Below, one piece after another: positions 36,603-50,933 of a DNA stretch of 64,000 nt. The notes under the pieces are model-generated. The model saw only the letters and a list, made by a program, of their open reading frames with translations. It did no database searches and was not told the DNA's origin. The stretch is taken from the NCBI GenBank assembly GCA_010015585.1, contig ML975150.1; one strand, given 5' to 3'. The position numbers and the translations under genes are program-made. Each line of letters opens with the position of its first letter. Position 1 is the stretch's first letter. This DNA comes from Eremomyces bilateralis CBS 781.70. Lineage: Eukaryota.

Positions 36603-37044
36603 GTTCATGCCGTCACGAATCAACGATGACTGAAAGGTCCGAAGCACGTTCAGTTTCATCGTAATCACTGCGATATCAATATCTTGCAAGGCGTCATCGA
36701 CTCATCCAAAGTCCCAGCTAATCGATATACATCTAAAAAGACCATACCCGGTTCCCAAATGCTCATCTAGGTTTGACATGATAACCCCCCGTACTCGCGC
36801 TTTCCAATCGAAAATATATTCAAATAAAACAAAAACGCCCGCTAGACCCCGGGAAATGCAATGATAACATATAGTATTTAGTTGCCGGTCCTGTGCGCTG
36901 GAGGCGACGGCTGTTCTACGAGGCTGGGAATGTCCGTTAGGAAGCATGCAAGGAAATCCAGTTAGTATCGGCGGTCCGCAGACGAGGTGATGTCGTCGTT
37001 GGAGGCCACCGTTCATCTCCAAAGGGGTGGGTGCGGTTCGTCGC

Positions 37045-38218
37045 TCACGATGGCTCCTGGGAACCATTGTTGACAAAGAAATCTCTCGTCATTTCAAAGC
37101 TGAGCCAGCTGCTGGCCATGCTGGGAGCAACCTTAAGGAGGTTGGGTGCGATTCCTTTGTAGAAGCCCTTGATGCCTTCCTGCGTCAGGATCCGTCGGAA
37201 CGCGTCGAAGATCGAATTGTATTTATAGCCTAGGCCGGGCATGGTGTTGACTTGGAATCGTCGCCGCAGCACGTCGCTGGAGTATGATATTAGCATGTAC
37301 ACAGCGTTTATGAGCGAGAAACCTTACAAGGGGTATGTGCAAGTCTGAGCGACCGCGCCTGACACCGCACCGGCGGCCAGTTTCCCAATGGAAGTGGGAT
37401 CCTTTTTCCCCTCCGGCGTGAAATAGGTCCGCATGGTCTCGTACACCATGAAGTTGAGGCCGACCTGGGAAGATCAGCAATAGGTCGAGGTGTATTGGAG
37501 CGGGGAAACGTACGTATGGCGCCACACCTGCGATGGTCGGGACGATGCCACGATACAGCGCCGCAAGGCCACCTTCGCTCCTGTACATCTGCACCATCAG
37601 CCCCCACATCCCCGGCAGCTTCTGGCCCGCCTTTTTCGATTCCGAGAGGCCGCTGAACGATGCCGATTGGACGGACAGTCGTGTTCGGACGATGTCCAGG
37701 GGGTATGTGAAGGTCACGGAAGTAATGCCAGCGCAACCTCCGCAGAAGAGTCGCTGATACGCGCCCAAGGGCGTTCCGGGACCGTCCTCGAAGAACTATG
37801 GATGGCGTGAGCGGACTGATTCTCACGATGCGACCCCTCTCGGCAAATACCGGGATCGTCCGTGAGGGGACATCGAGGGACGAAGGGAACCACCTACCCG
37901 CTTATAGAAATTGTACGCTCCAAATTGAACTGCGGAATACGGTACGATGCGTATACAATTCGTGCCGTTTCCGGCCATGAATCCGCGCCACCCTTCCTCG
38001 CGCCACATCTTCGCCAGAGCCTTGTGGATGGACATCTTGTATTCCGTCCGCCCCGCACTCTGGATCTGGAAGAGGATCTTCAGCCGCTCGAGCGGAGAGA
38101 CGACAGTTCGGGATACCGCTCCAGCAACACCGCCAGCAATGAAGGACGCGAGGATGGGCTCGGCGAGCGCGGCGCGGAATCGGAGGAGATTTGAGGGTGG
38201 TGGCGGAGGAACCGACAT
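37045..38218 (-). CDS. Mitochondrial carrier (SLC25), YPR011C/Leu5/SLC25A42-like subgroup
   Basis: Three PX[D/E]XX[K/R] repeats (SPLERLK, YPLDIVRTRL, YPCDVLRRR), GFMAGNGTNCIRIVPYSAVQF and YKGIAPNLLKVAPSMA. Three introns. Confidence 0.9.
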
Positions 38219-39688
38219 GTCAGGATGTGACTGTGACAGAATGGTTAGACAATGTATATACGGAGCATCTGTGAGCTCTCATATATCGTACGCTACTAAC
38301 AGATCCAGAGGGCGACGGTAGCGTGGAGAGTTGTGGCATCGTGGAAGCGGGCTTGGGCGTCGAGGCCGAAGCGTCGACTTGAGTTTTCTGGCTCTTCGGG
38401 CCCGCAGCGTGGACGAACGATGACGGCTAGACGTCGGCAACCATCCAAAAAGTGCCCTTTGTAGCGTCGAAACAAATTGCGTTCGTCGACCAGGCGCAAA
38501 TCCGATTATCTCGCCAGTAGGCTGCAGTAGAGATACCGCTCGTGTAGACTCGGAATGGTTCCCTCGTCTGCGGCGGGAATGGCGATCGATAGGGATGCGG
38601 GTGGAGAAAAGGTAGCAATAACGAATGTGGATGCCATTCAAAGGATAACGCGCAAATAAAACTGCAGAAATGGGTGCAATTGAGAATGGTGGGTATAAAA
38701 GAGTAAGGCGATGTATTCTGCAGTCTGGTCAACTCCAGTCCTCTATTGTCCGTCTGTTCACCCAAAGTGTGTCACCCAAACCAAAGGAACTTCAGGTTTC
38801 CCTTGCGTGAGGCTGTGCATGTGACCCTTAAGGCGTCAAGGCAATCACGCAATCAGGCCATAAGGCCGTAAGGCTGAATGGTTTGAAATGTCTTAACAAC
38901 GATTGGAGTTGTCAGGTCACGTCCTCATCCGTGTTGAGATTTACGAAACTGTGATCGAGACTCATCGTCTTCAATGTGAACGGATTCTATATAAATTGCA
39001 TATTGGCAAACCAACAAAGGATCCTTTGGAATGGAAATCATGGCATTTTAAAGCGCTTGTGCCCGGAAGCGGGAGCCACCGTAAGACCAGGCCTCCTGGC
39101 CGCCCCCGTGACGGTCAGAACAGGTTCAAAACCAGCCAGGCCTCCTGGAGCGGTGTTTCACCACCAAAGCGGCGAATCAGGGCGCTCGACTAAGTTCAGA
39201 TGCCCGATCCGGTGCAACGCATTGGAAATCGTGATTTCGATCACGGGCATCGCGAATGAAACCTCGACCAGCGCTTATGACTGCACCGCCACGAGCACCA
39301 AGAGATGGCCAGATGGGAGAAGGGAACATGGCGAGGGAGTGCCAACTATGATGATGAAGGGTAAGAAACGAGCAGGATACACTTCAAATAACCTCATCCA
39401 AATAGTCATGGTCTAGATTAAGCACTGATCTAAATAGGAGATATCTAAGGTTCGGCCACAGACTAGCTCCTGGGGGTTTGTTCTCCAGCCTGGAACATCA
39501 GCTCTCGCTATGCAGTTGGACCGTGATATGCAATATAAAACTCCGTTGCGCCTGATAGAGAGTCCAATGATATCAGATGGAATGCTCCGGTGAAAATAGG
39601 ACCTTGACGACGCCGGAAATAGAGACTCGTGGCTTCGTTTTACTTCTATACGCAATGTCGAGGTTTTGGAAAGGGACAATAGCACTAA

Positions 39689-41632
39689 TCACGCATATGA
39701 TTCGACCACGTCGTCAGGGTCCTCCTCAGGGAGAAGGTCGATGATGTCCTTCGTGCGCGGCCCGGTGTAGTACCTTCACCAAAGATTAGCGGGTCTCCAT
39801 CCGAGACAAGAACGCGTATTTAACATACCTCCTCGCCGACAGGAACCACCAGCCCATACTAACCATCCCAATGAACACCGCAATGCAGATAGCATAGTTC
39901 ATGTTCGACGCGGTAATCGGCCGGATGGGCGGGAAGAACAGCACCACGCTGATCAAGCACACCCACGCCACGGCGATGGCATTGACTGGCTTGCTCCACT
40001 TGCCCATCGTATACGGACCCTCGATGAATCGCACGCGGTTCTCGTAGACGCGGTGCGCGATGATCACGGCGATGTAGCTGATGTCGAGCGCCGGGGCGGT
40101 GATGCTGAAAATGGCAACAAAGGTCTGCGTGTTCCCGATGGCGATCAGCGTGAGGCAACTGCAGAAAGCGACGACGAGCCAGACGCCGTTTACCGGCGTC
40201 TTCGTCCAGGAGTTGATCTTGGACCAGATTCTAGCGCAGGATTAGCTTGGTCAAATATTGATCCGCGGCATTGATGTGCTCACCCTGAGAACGGGAGTCC
40301 TTCGTCTCTCGCAAACGCGTAGGCCATCCTCGCATTTCCGAGCATCGCAGCACAGCCGGTGAAGAATTGCACAAGAATCACAAAGAACCACATCACCGAG
40401 CCTCCCGTCTTGCCGCCTGCAGTCCAGAAGATCTGCGCCACGGGGAGACCGGTAGGGCTGGCCAGGATCCCCTCGAAATCGGTGAGACAGAAGCAGAACG
40501 TGACGGTCAGCAACCAGCCCCAGAGACCAGACACGAGGATGGCGCTTCGTATCGCGACCGGTCCGCGGATTGCTGCGTCGTGGGTCTCCTCCGACATATG
40601 TGTCGTCGCATCATAGTCCGTCATCGTCCAGGACACAGACAAGAACCCGAGTAGAAAGGAAAACCCTCGGCTGCCCCATCCTGAGTCGTCCGTAACATGC
40701 GTGAATACCCATGAAGCACTCCGCTTGTTCGGGGTCAAGATGAGCAGCGCGACGCAAATGGCGACCGACGCGATGAGATTGATAGGCGCAAACCAGAGGA
40801 CAATGCGATGCAGCGATTTCGTACCGAGCGAATCTATAATTCCCATTATGCAGAGAACTAGAATCGCCAGCCCAACGGTCTGAGCAGGAGTACTAGTTTC
40901 GTGTATTAGACTTCCATCATGCTCCATGACTAGGATTGGGACTCACGGCTCAAAGGAGTATGACCCATCCGCATATGTCGAGTTCAAGGTCGCCGCTGCA
41001 AGTATCATTTGCGATGTCGTATATGCAAGACCTGTGACACCAGCAGCTTGGCCTAAGAAGTTGCACCATCCAATCACCCACGCCCACACCGCGACATGCT
41101 CCTTTGGCACCACATGTTTGGTGACAAAGTACATGCCACCGGCGGTTGGATATGCGGAGACCAGTTCAGCGACTATGCAAGTCAGTGCACCGCTATCATC
41201 ATCCTTCGAAGACAGACGCACCGGAACTGGCGATACAATACGCCATACATGAGCCGATGAACCAAGCCCAAACCGCAGTCGCAGGTCCGCCGGAATGGAG
41301 AGGCGAGCCGATGGTGGCTGGCACCGAGCCCAGAACACCTAGGATCGAGATCGCATATGAGACCGTTGACCACTTGGTGAATTCGCGACTAAGTTCCTAC
41401 GTTCTCCGTTGAGTCAAGGCCCTGGACCAGTTCGAGATACCGTAATACCAACCTGTCGGTACCCAATCCTCGCGAGCAGCCGCTCGTCATCATCCTGGAT
41501 CGTCGCCATATGCCGCGACTCCTGCGCCGCCTCCGCGGCTTTGGGTGAGGATTTCCGATCGCTGGACCCAGTCACGCCCGCTGGGGTAGGACCTGGTTCG
41601 ACCGGAGGTCTCTTTACGTCGACACTATCCAT
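39689..41632 (-). CDS. APC-superfamily amino acid/GABA/polyamine permease (Uga4/Tpo5-like)
   Basis: LARIGYRQELSREF, AELVSAYPTAGGMY, WTMTDYDATTHMSEET, RMAYAFARDEGLPFS, TPVNGVW, MNYA and YTGP. Multiple GT-AG introns. Confidence 0.9.
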
Positions 41633-44600
41633 GGTGGAACGTGGTCAATTTCAGCCGATTGAGAGTGTGTGTACAATAAAAGGGAGGGTATGCTTGACAA
41701 GATATATAGGAGGACAAAACCAAGTCGACTTGGAGTCAATTGCAACGGAATATGACCATTGGTCCAATGAATTTACAGTAGCTTCGCATGATGTGAGGGG
41801 CGACAAATCAAAATGACTAGATATGAAACGAAATTATATCCTACCGGCCTGTTCCCGCTCTCGGTAAGGCATCCCGTCCTGGTCTCCTAGAGCAATGTCG
41901 ATTCAAGCGTGTGGAGTTAACCTTGCCGATATGGCAACCCCCTAGTATGATCTAGCGGGATTCTAGCTGTAGTGCAACTGCGGAATTTAAGGATTGGTTT
42001 AGCAAAGGGACATAACGATGGATCCATGACACTTGAGAGAGATGTGGACTCGTACAACGTATGCTGATTGCTAAGAGGCGACGAAATGAGCGTAGCGGCC
42101 AAAGGCGTATGCAGAGTTCAAGGAAGCCTTGAGTAATGATCAATCCAAGCTATGGCTCGACAGTTGACACGATGACCTCCCAAATGCAAGACTAAAGGGG
42201 AAAAATAACCAAAACAAGGTCGAAGTAGATCGGTGAAGGAAAGCCGACGCGGACGGAAGCCAAGTGGTCCAGATATTTTGGCCATGCCCTGGTCCAAGCC
42301 CCCAAGGCCATGCGTTGGATGCCTCAAGGATTAGCCCAGGACGGGTTTATAACGTTCAAACTTCAATCTGCTTCCGAAGAGCTGGGCGGTTTTCGATGCC
42401 GGGCGCTGGCACATGGCTTCCAGGGATACTCATGAGCATTGAGCAGGCAGAACGTGGGCATGGATGTCGACTCTTGATTGTCGAGTTGGCCGTTGGTGGT
42501 TGGACAGTTGACCGATAGCTCCAGGAATCTGGGATAATTGCAGTGAAATGAGATGAGAAACAGGTAGTATGGTCGCTATGTTCCCAATGCAGACTCAGAT
42601 GCTGGAATATGTGACAAACATCTTGCAGCGCCCCCCTCATCAGATTATATCAGCCACTCAGCAATCAATCCTTCGTCCTAGGTAACTTGCAAGGGGATGG
42701 ATCATTTACTGAAAACAGTTTTAATCCCTCTGCTGGTAGGTAAGGGAGCCCGTTGCTCGTTGCGGATCGCATCATGGATTCATCAGAGAAGAGGGACAAG
42801 TCGTCACTCGTTAGTGAGAGCTGAGAGGTTTGTTCATGATTCCGTGCAATGAATCATGCCCCACGCGATCATGCAAGGCTGGGTGGAGGGGACATGGATC
42901 GGAGACTTATTCTCCTTTCATTTTGCGGCTAGCAAGCGGGATGACATCTTCTCGGAACTCGTAAACCATAAGGTGACCAAACGCTACCGGCTATGGGGGA
43001 TGGGAGAGGGATTTGCCGTATTCGGGCTTAAATGATTATAGCGAGTGTCGATCTTGGAGCCAGCAGCACGATGGAAGGAAACCAGGGATTCATGAAGAGC
43101 TTCAATATAATGCCAGCATCCTGCGGTACTCTGATGGATTTTGTCTAGGCAAAGAGAGAAGTGTCCTATCGACTCGATAAAGTATAATTATAGACTTTCT
43201 CAGACCATAAGGAAGGCGTAAACAGTCTATGAGTACCATACCGGCTATTTCGGTCCCTACCGGCCACCAACTCACGAGGCACGAGCCCACGAGCCCACGA
43301 GTCAACTGAATCGCACGATCACTCCTCGCTTTCTGATCTTCCTCAGTCCTCCTCCACTCTCCACTCACCAGTGCTCCATTCTCTCTATGCCCTGATCCCT
43401 GGCACACGGAGTTCTGCTGGTGCGTGGTTGCACGGCTGCAGGCCTGCAGCGCTGGCGCTTGGATATTTGAAACCGTCCAACCGCATTTCAAAAGGCTAAT
43501 TCAAGTCCTCGCTCCTCCGGTCCTACGTTCTCCAGACTCCGTCAGCCTGCATCAGCGATCCTCTTTCCTCAAGATCCTTAGCCCTTAAATGGAATCCTAC
43601 CTTGGAAAAGGGAAATGGACCCTTAGTTTCAGTGCCACCGTAAGACTGGATATTAGATGGCAGTGAAACGGGGATCCGAGAATGCCGGTTGGGAGCGCAA
43701 CATCGAAACATCCTGTCCTGCAATATACAGGCATTCCGACAAACCCTAAAACAACCAAGCGGGTTTCGTCTCCCAAGTCCCAGCTTGATCAGCATTATCC
43801 CGAGATTGTGTCTCTAGGCCACCTTCTGCCGCTGTTCTGGAAATTTGCTGTACAGGAGATCCTTGCAGATCCTGAGTTCCTGACGTTAAACTAGCGTTGG
43901 TCAGCACGTTCGTGCACGTTCTTTGTCCGATACTAGTTACTACGGCCGACGGTATTATATCTATAGACGGTTAGAGAGGAAGGATTCCGGTGTGTTACTA
44001 GACCCTAACATCGATCTGTCACCGCCTTCTCTTGGAGATTGAGCAACCGAGGTGTGCACTGCCCACTGGAAGTTGATACCATTGCTTACTGGGAAAAGAA
44101 AGCTCGAGATTGAAGGTATATTTCCGTATTTCATCATAGTCCAGACGCACTAACATGGCGCTGGCTCGCCATGAGTCGCCAAAGATATGTAACCCGAGCA
44201 TTATCTGGCCAAGGGAGTGACGGGAAGCCACCTGATTCCCCAGCCCCTACCGTAGCGCGGAGTAATCCTCTACTTTTCTTTTCGAAGCTGGCCCATTCTT
44301 CTCGTGGGTTGGTTCGATGTTACTGTAGCGCTGAAGACCTGAAGTGCCTCGTGAGCGCTCAAGAGCGGGTAAAATGAGCGGTGAAAGATCCCTTCCTCCA
44401 GTCGCGCCCTCCATTACCCACCCTCTGTCTCCATCCTCCATCGCAGCAGCTATTCGACAGTATGAAAGAGCCTGTTTCTAACATGAATATGTCCCTTATC
44501 AGGGCAAAGTAAATGTCAAACAAGGTTGTCAAGGACCTCCTGAAGTCCTGATCCTACCCTATCATTTCGTAAGAGATAGTGATGACGTCGGACGGCCAGG

Positions 44601-45623
44601 ACTGAGGTTTAAGTGGCGCTGATATAGTCCCGAGACTTCGGAGTAACTCAAGTAAGGACTGTCCAGGTTCGCTTACAGCCCTGCAGTATGAGCCATTTTC
44701 GGTAATGTTCCAGGATCCAACCGTTGACCACTTGGTCTAACAGAATGTCATGTTTAGGACTCAGGAATGCCAGGACTACGACTCCTGTAGTCCCGTCAGC
44801 CGAATATCCTGACCGGCTCGTTGCAATTTATTCCTAGCCGAGTTGTGCCACGTCACTAGGTCTTCTGAAAACCTCGCTGCCTTCAAGTGGTTAGAAGGTG
44901 TCAGGACGTACGCTATGATAAATTTGGCGATTTTGGTAACCAGTTGGCCACTTGGCGTCGTCATCTGGCAGATCTTGATCGTCAAAGGCCTTCTGTCGCG
45001 ATGGCAATGGCTCGAGGGATAGATTCGCAATTTTGAAGTCAAGATTGACGGTCACAAGGCAGGCCGCATGGACTGCCACTTTTTGGAAACTCGTGCCACC
45101 CCGATGCTCGTCCGATCTGAAACGCAGGGTCCGTCCGGGATTATGGGTTGACGATATCGGTATTGGGTACTAGAAATTTGAAGATTCGTCCAATCCCAAT
45201 TAACTCGCCAGGTTTAGAATCTAAACTGCACAAGGGTGATTTTTGAATTCGAGCCTGGTAGAAAGAAGGTAGAAAATGAGTTTATGACCACAAACCGTTC
45301 CGCTTCAATACCCCTTCGCGATACGTCACATCTCCTGATATTTGGGCTTCACCGCCGAAAATACTGCCCACATGATTAGGACGGAATATGCACATACAGG
45401 GTATCTTCCTGGATTTGAAACTAAACTATTAATGCTGCATAATTCATACACATCTGCCTGAAAGTGCCGAAACTGAACACTCCCTTCGCATACTCCGATT
45501 CAGGGGGGATATCGACAAACCAGTGAAACCAACCTGGACGATGGCAAGCCTGACCGCATTCAACGAAAAGCATCATGCAGCACATCTCGAATAAAAAGTA
45601 GAGGAGAAAAGATGGGCCTGATG

Positions 45624-48059
45624 CTAGTAAGGACTGTTGACGATGTCATTCCTTGACAAGTAGCTCCTTCGAGCTGTGCTTCGCCTCACAGGCGTTGCAA
45701 TACTCTCTCTCGTCGGTCGACGCAACGCCTGTCGTGCCACCATGTCGACTTCATTCGGCAGAGCGACGATAAGATTTTTGTCGGAGCCGAACTTGAAGTT
45801 ATCTGCGACGACGTCTTCTGCGTAGCGCTTGATGCTGTATGGATCCTTTCTGCCACCCAGCAACTTCTTCACGCTCCAGGTGACGATGAACGGACCGGTT
45901 GCCGTAACGATCGTGGTCTCCTCTTTATCCAAGCTCGCGTTGAATTTCGCCGGGGTGAACGATATCGGCGCTTTAGTCTCGTGCTGGAATTGGGCGACAT
46001 GACTGGGCGTCAGCGCAAGCCGACGCGGCTGAGGTTTCGCGTCTTTGGCAAACGACTTTTCGAAGCCAAGCTTGCCTTCGTTCTTGCCCTCTTTTTGAAG
46101 AGCGTCAATTAGCAACAGATAGGTTCGTGTCGTAGCGAGAAGCCAGCGGCCATCGGCAGAGACATCGAGACCGATGATTGGATCTCCGAGAGCGGGAATG
46201 TGTGTCTTCGCGTTGATTCCTAGGCGGTCGAACATCCTGATGTCACCCTTGTTCGACGCAACGGCGAGATAGCCCTTCTCCGTCGTGGCAGCGGCGGAGA
46301 AATCGTTCTTTGACACATATTGTTTCAACTCGGAATCGACAAGTTTCTGGTCGGCAAGACGGGGGTCGATGCGGAAAAGAGCGTTCTTTGAGTGACCGAC
46401 AAAAGTTTGTTCTCCTGTCATCTGCGAAAATTTCTACAAGTGAAGTTAGTAGCTGAATACCTCTTGTCATGTACGAAGACATACCGTTTCTGGCACGAAG
46501 TTTGTTACTGGGATGTCGTCATGGACTTTCCATTCATCAACAACCTTGCCATACTCAAGATCCATTCGGTACAGAGAGTTAGGATCCTCTTTGTTTTGCA
46601 ACACCAAGTTTCGATCTTCGGCGTGAAGCATGACCTTCGTTGGTTTAAAGAGCTTGCCTTTGGGGGTCTGCACTTTCGAGATATTCGTGGAGAACTGAAG
46701 GTGGTTATCGGGAGTATGCTTGAAGACTCCAATCTTGGATCCTCGGACAACGAAGGAGCGGTCATGCTTGTAACCGACAGCAAGCTGAGAGTTCACGTTG
46801 CCGTCTTCGTCTTTCTCTAGTACATCATCCTCCGACTCGTCGGTGTCATAGTGCTCGCTTCGTTCCCCTGCGCTCTCCTCTTCCTCTTCCTCCTCTTCCT
46901 CCTCCTCTTCAGCTTCCGCCGACTCTGAGTCCTCCATGGTGAGGTCCTGGAAAGCTTCTAGGACGTACTCTCGCTCCGTATCTTTGCTTTTTGCCCATTT
47001 TATTTGATTGAGGTGCTCCCATAGCCCCTGCATAAGAGACTCTTGGAACTTCTCAAGTGCATTCTGGTCCTTAAAGCGTAGCAGCCAGGAGTAGGCAGAG
47101 CCATCTTCAGAGTAATGATTGAAGATGAAGGACAAGAACTCGAAGTTGAACACCGGGTTGATCTCTGCCACGACGGGCTGACCAAGCCACTCCTTGTCCT
47201 CACTGGATATTTGCAGCCAGTAGTTCCAACCGCCAATGTCAGTAACTGTGGCGATGGCAGATCGCTCCTGCAGGACGAATTCGCCAGTAGTGAAGTCAAA
47301 GAAATGTAGTTCCGCGCTCACTGCTACGAGCAACTCCCCCTCTTTTGGTTTCGCGGCTCCAGGGAGTGCTGTTTGTTTGTCTTTACCAGCGTCTTTCTGC
47401 GGAGCCATGTTGAACTTGGCCGACTCGGTTAGAGCGTGGTCGATGATCGGACTGGCAGAAGGAATTGACTCTTCCTCAAACTCGAACTCCTGCAAGTCTT
47501 CCTCTGTAGCGTCCTCGCCACTCCGGCGGTATTTCCTCTCGTATTGGCAGGCGAGGGCAGCCCTCTCGAATGCGGCGATTGTAGCCGGCTGGATCGACCG
47601 ATCACAGACGAATTCGAAGAGGTCACCGGTATCACCGCTCAAATCCGTCCATGCAAAGACCTTTTCACCCGTCTCCCGAATATCCGATCGAAACTGGAGG
47701 CCTTGGTCGAGTAGGAACGACTTCTCGTCCGTCTCTAACGAGAGTCCTTCGCCTGTCGCGTCGCCTTCTTCCTCTGCAAGAAGCTCTTCCTCCCCCTCTT
47801 CGTAAGCGCGCTGTATTACGAGTTGATATTGAAACTCCTGTCCAGTTCGTCGGATGGAAGCTGCAGCGTCCTTGAAGATCAGCTCTGAATATCCCTTCAC
47901 CGAAAGTGGTCGGACAAGGTAAAGCTGGCCCTGAGGGACCTCGATGATGGATTCTTTCGAGCTATCTCCGAACAGGAACTTGCTCACTGTGGCGAGACGT
48001 CAGAAGAGACATATCATATGCAAAAACAAAAGCGACATACCGTTCTTGATCATAAACAT
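45624..48059 (-). CDS. VID27: Vacuolar import and degradation protein Vid27
   Basis: PQGQLYLVRPLSVKGYSELIFKDA, NSQLAVGYKHDRSFVVRG, LYRMDLEYGKVVDEW, NALFRIDPRL, LGINAKTHIPALG and C-terminal IVNSPY. Short first exon MFMIKN. Confidence 0.94.
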
Positions 48060-48466
48060 CTTAACCGTGAGTGTGAGAGCACCACTGAGAGCTTTCCTTT
48101 TCAAGGAATGTCCCTGCGCTCAGAAGTATGGTCCTCGAGTCCACTGAAAATTGGAGGGAACAAATGAAAGATGTTGGAGGTTGAAAGTGGTAATAGTCAG
48201 AAACCAGGCTGGTGCTGCCTGACGTCGTTGCGCTGGAGACAAGTTTGTTTGTTCTTGGGGATCCGCTGTGGCGGCGGCGGGATGGATGGTGGGGTCATCA
48301 ATCACGTGATCCACAAATATTATGTGGCAGTGTTGGTGTAAAATGTGGCGGTGCATTGCCAAGATCTTTCAAGCGAGTCTTTCACACATCTCAAAAACCT
48401 ACACATCCGACTTCAACATCACCGTCGATATCCCAGATACACACGTCGGCGTGCAGAACCATCACA

Positions 48467-49301
48467 ATGGGTATGAGCTCCCCCTTCATTAATCCATTCT
48501 GCGCAATGGAATCCCATCCCCCGATTGCCTCAAGAGAAATGATACGGATCTTATTGCATGCGGTATTCTGACATTGCTCCCTAGGTATCGACTTGAACTC
48601 CCACCACGTGCGGAATTCGCACCGCAAAGCGGCGAAGAGCGACAATGTCTACGTTAAGCTGCTCGTGAAGCTTTATCGTTTCCTTGCCCGTACGTAAAAT
48701 CCGAACCTCCACGCAAGATCCAGAGATCGAAGCGTGGCGCCCCGATCGGAAGAAATAATTGGAATAACATGATATCAAAATGTAGGCCGAACGGACTCCT
48801 CCTTCAACCGAGTTGTCCTCCGCAGACTCTTTATGTCCCGCATCAACCGTCCTCCGATGTCCCTGTCCAGGATTGTGAAGGTCGCTGCCAACGCCGAGAC
48901 TGGCAAGGCGCATGAGGGGAAGACCGTCGTCATCATCGGTACCGTCACCGACGACGACCGTCTCCTAGAGCTTCCCAAGCTCACCGTTGCCGCCCTCCGA
49001 TTCACCGCTACTGCCCGCGCACGAATCGTCAAGGCTGGCGGCGAATGCCTGACCATCGATGAGCTCGCCACGCGATCTCCCACCGGCGCAAACACCCTGT
49101 TGTTGAGAGGACCCAAGAACGCTCGGGAGGCTTTCAAGCACTTTGGTTTCGGCCCGCACACCAACAAGGTATGTCGAATCATTGGTCCAGGTTCAAGAGT
49201 TCAATTACTGACTTCGTTAATAGAAACCCTACGTCGAGAGCAAGGGAAGGAAATTCGAGCGCGCCCGTGGCCGCAGACGATCGAGGGGATTCAAGGTCTA
49301 A
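48467..49301 (+). CDS. RPL18: 60S ribosomal protein L18 (eL18)
   Basis: ATGG micro-exon, then [54 protein letters not shown]...[25 protein letters not shown]. Three introns. Confidence 0.97.
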
Positions 49302-50933
49302 GCGGGATGTTCGGCGGTGGCGTTTGTCGGAACAACTATCGAGCCAGTTTTCTGAATTGGCTCAATCATGCATTGCAGGTTCTGGAGATGATTACAGATC
49401 CTCGCGGTTCTCCCTCTGCATACGGAAAAAGCGTGTGTATCTTCTAACAGGCAAAATCAATTCGTATTCACGGCAAATGGAACCAGCAAGCTTAATCAAT
49501 GTGACTCGCAGGGCATGCCACTCCGGCTCCTCAACTAAAGCATTATGTGAACGATGTATCGGGGCGCCAAAGGTTGCCAGCGGAAACCCGTGCGCAATGC
49601 AGCTCTATGATGTGTAGGGGGCATTGTATATCAGATGCAATAGTATCGTGGTCTCTAGGCTCCCTAGACTACCTCAATGGCTCATTCATACTCGAATTCA
49701 AGCGTTTTCCCTCCAAATCCTAAAACTTGGTGTCATGCAAGATTAGAACCGCCTTCCGTTCCTATCGTTGCCGTCATCCGCGGTTTGATTCCTAGTTCCT
49801 CATGCAATTTATTCTTCTGAATAGTGCCTGCAAGCTATACTCGATCCGAGCCTGTCCATTCGGGCTTGGATGCTATTGTTGCGTTCATATCCCATTTCAA
49901 CCCTTCAAAGTTCAAATGTATTTCGGGTTTTCTTATCTACTCTTACTCCGTGCAGTCCGGTAGTCCGGGCGGCATAATGTTTGGTCGATACTGATGATGT
50001 ACATTTCGGTTACTTGGCTTCTGGTTCGTTTCTATCTGGTTAGGGCATCGCATGGGATAAAGGAGTTCGCTCCCGGGCCATGTCTTGAACTCGCGGCCGA
50101 GTGCCGCCAATTGTGTGGCAAGATACAAGTAATCGACCGTTCCAAAAATTTTAATAGCATCGGCATTGAAGCCATCCTGCGGTGGAAAAAGGTCTTGATA
50201 TGTGAAGTAGTATGAAAAAGAGGACGATGGATTTGCCATGCGGAATGACTGAAGACATGGTGTGAGTGCTCTAGCTGTTGATAGTAGTTGAGGCAGAAAT
50301 ATTTGATGCAATGATGCCTTAATAAGGGACCTGGACTCACGGACTCTCATCTCTCTTCGCCGCATGACACCTGACCACCACTGCTGTATTGATTCTTGAA
50401 TAAACACATTTCCTCCTACCAGACCAAATCACAAGAGATGAACCATCCCATATTTCACACTTCGCAGCGCAATCCATGAGCTTCCTCATATTTCGGCCGA
50501 TACATCGATGTACTACACACGTAAATGAGATGTTGAAACCGCTAGGTATCCACATCAATCAGCGGCCGTCATGTGGTGGGATCGGGCATCCTAATACTCA
50601 TCAGGTCCTCTTCACCAGCTTGTATCGCGTCCCTTGATCTGATCTTCGTTCTGTTCCTTCCAAACCCCGCCTTGAATGGCTCCTCACAGTTTATTTTAAT
50701 GCGTCGAGATGCTCAATAAAATACTCCAATAGGCTATACGCATTCGTGAACCACCAAACCTCAAGATTTCCACAAGCTCGCTATTCTAGTCTTTGAATCA
50801 CACACCGGACCTTGTTCAGAAGTTATTATTTCATTATCATAGTTCAATTTTGTTTCCCTAATTGGTTTAACATGAATGTATGGTTGCGGACTGCAAAGCC
50901 GCGAATGAGCTCCGGAGATTTTCACGGACTCAA

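Noticed and set aside
48471..48785. snoRNAs in RPL18 introns
   Set aside because: No proper RTGATGA box C with a spaced box D and guide sequence.
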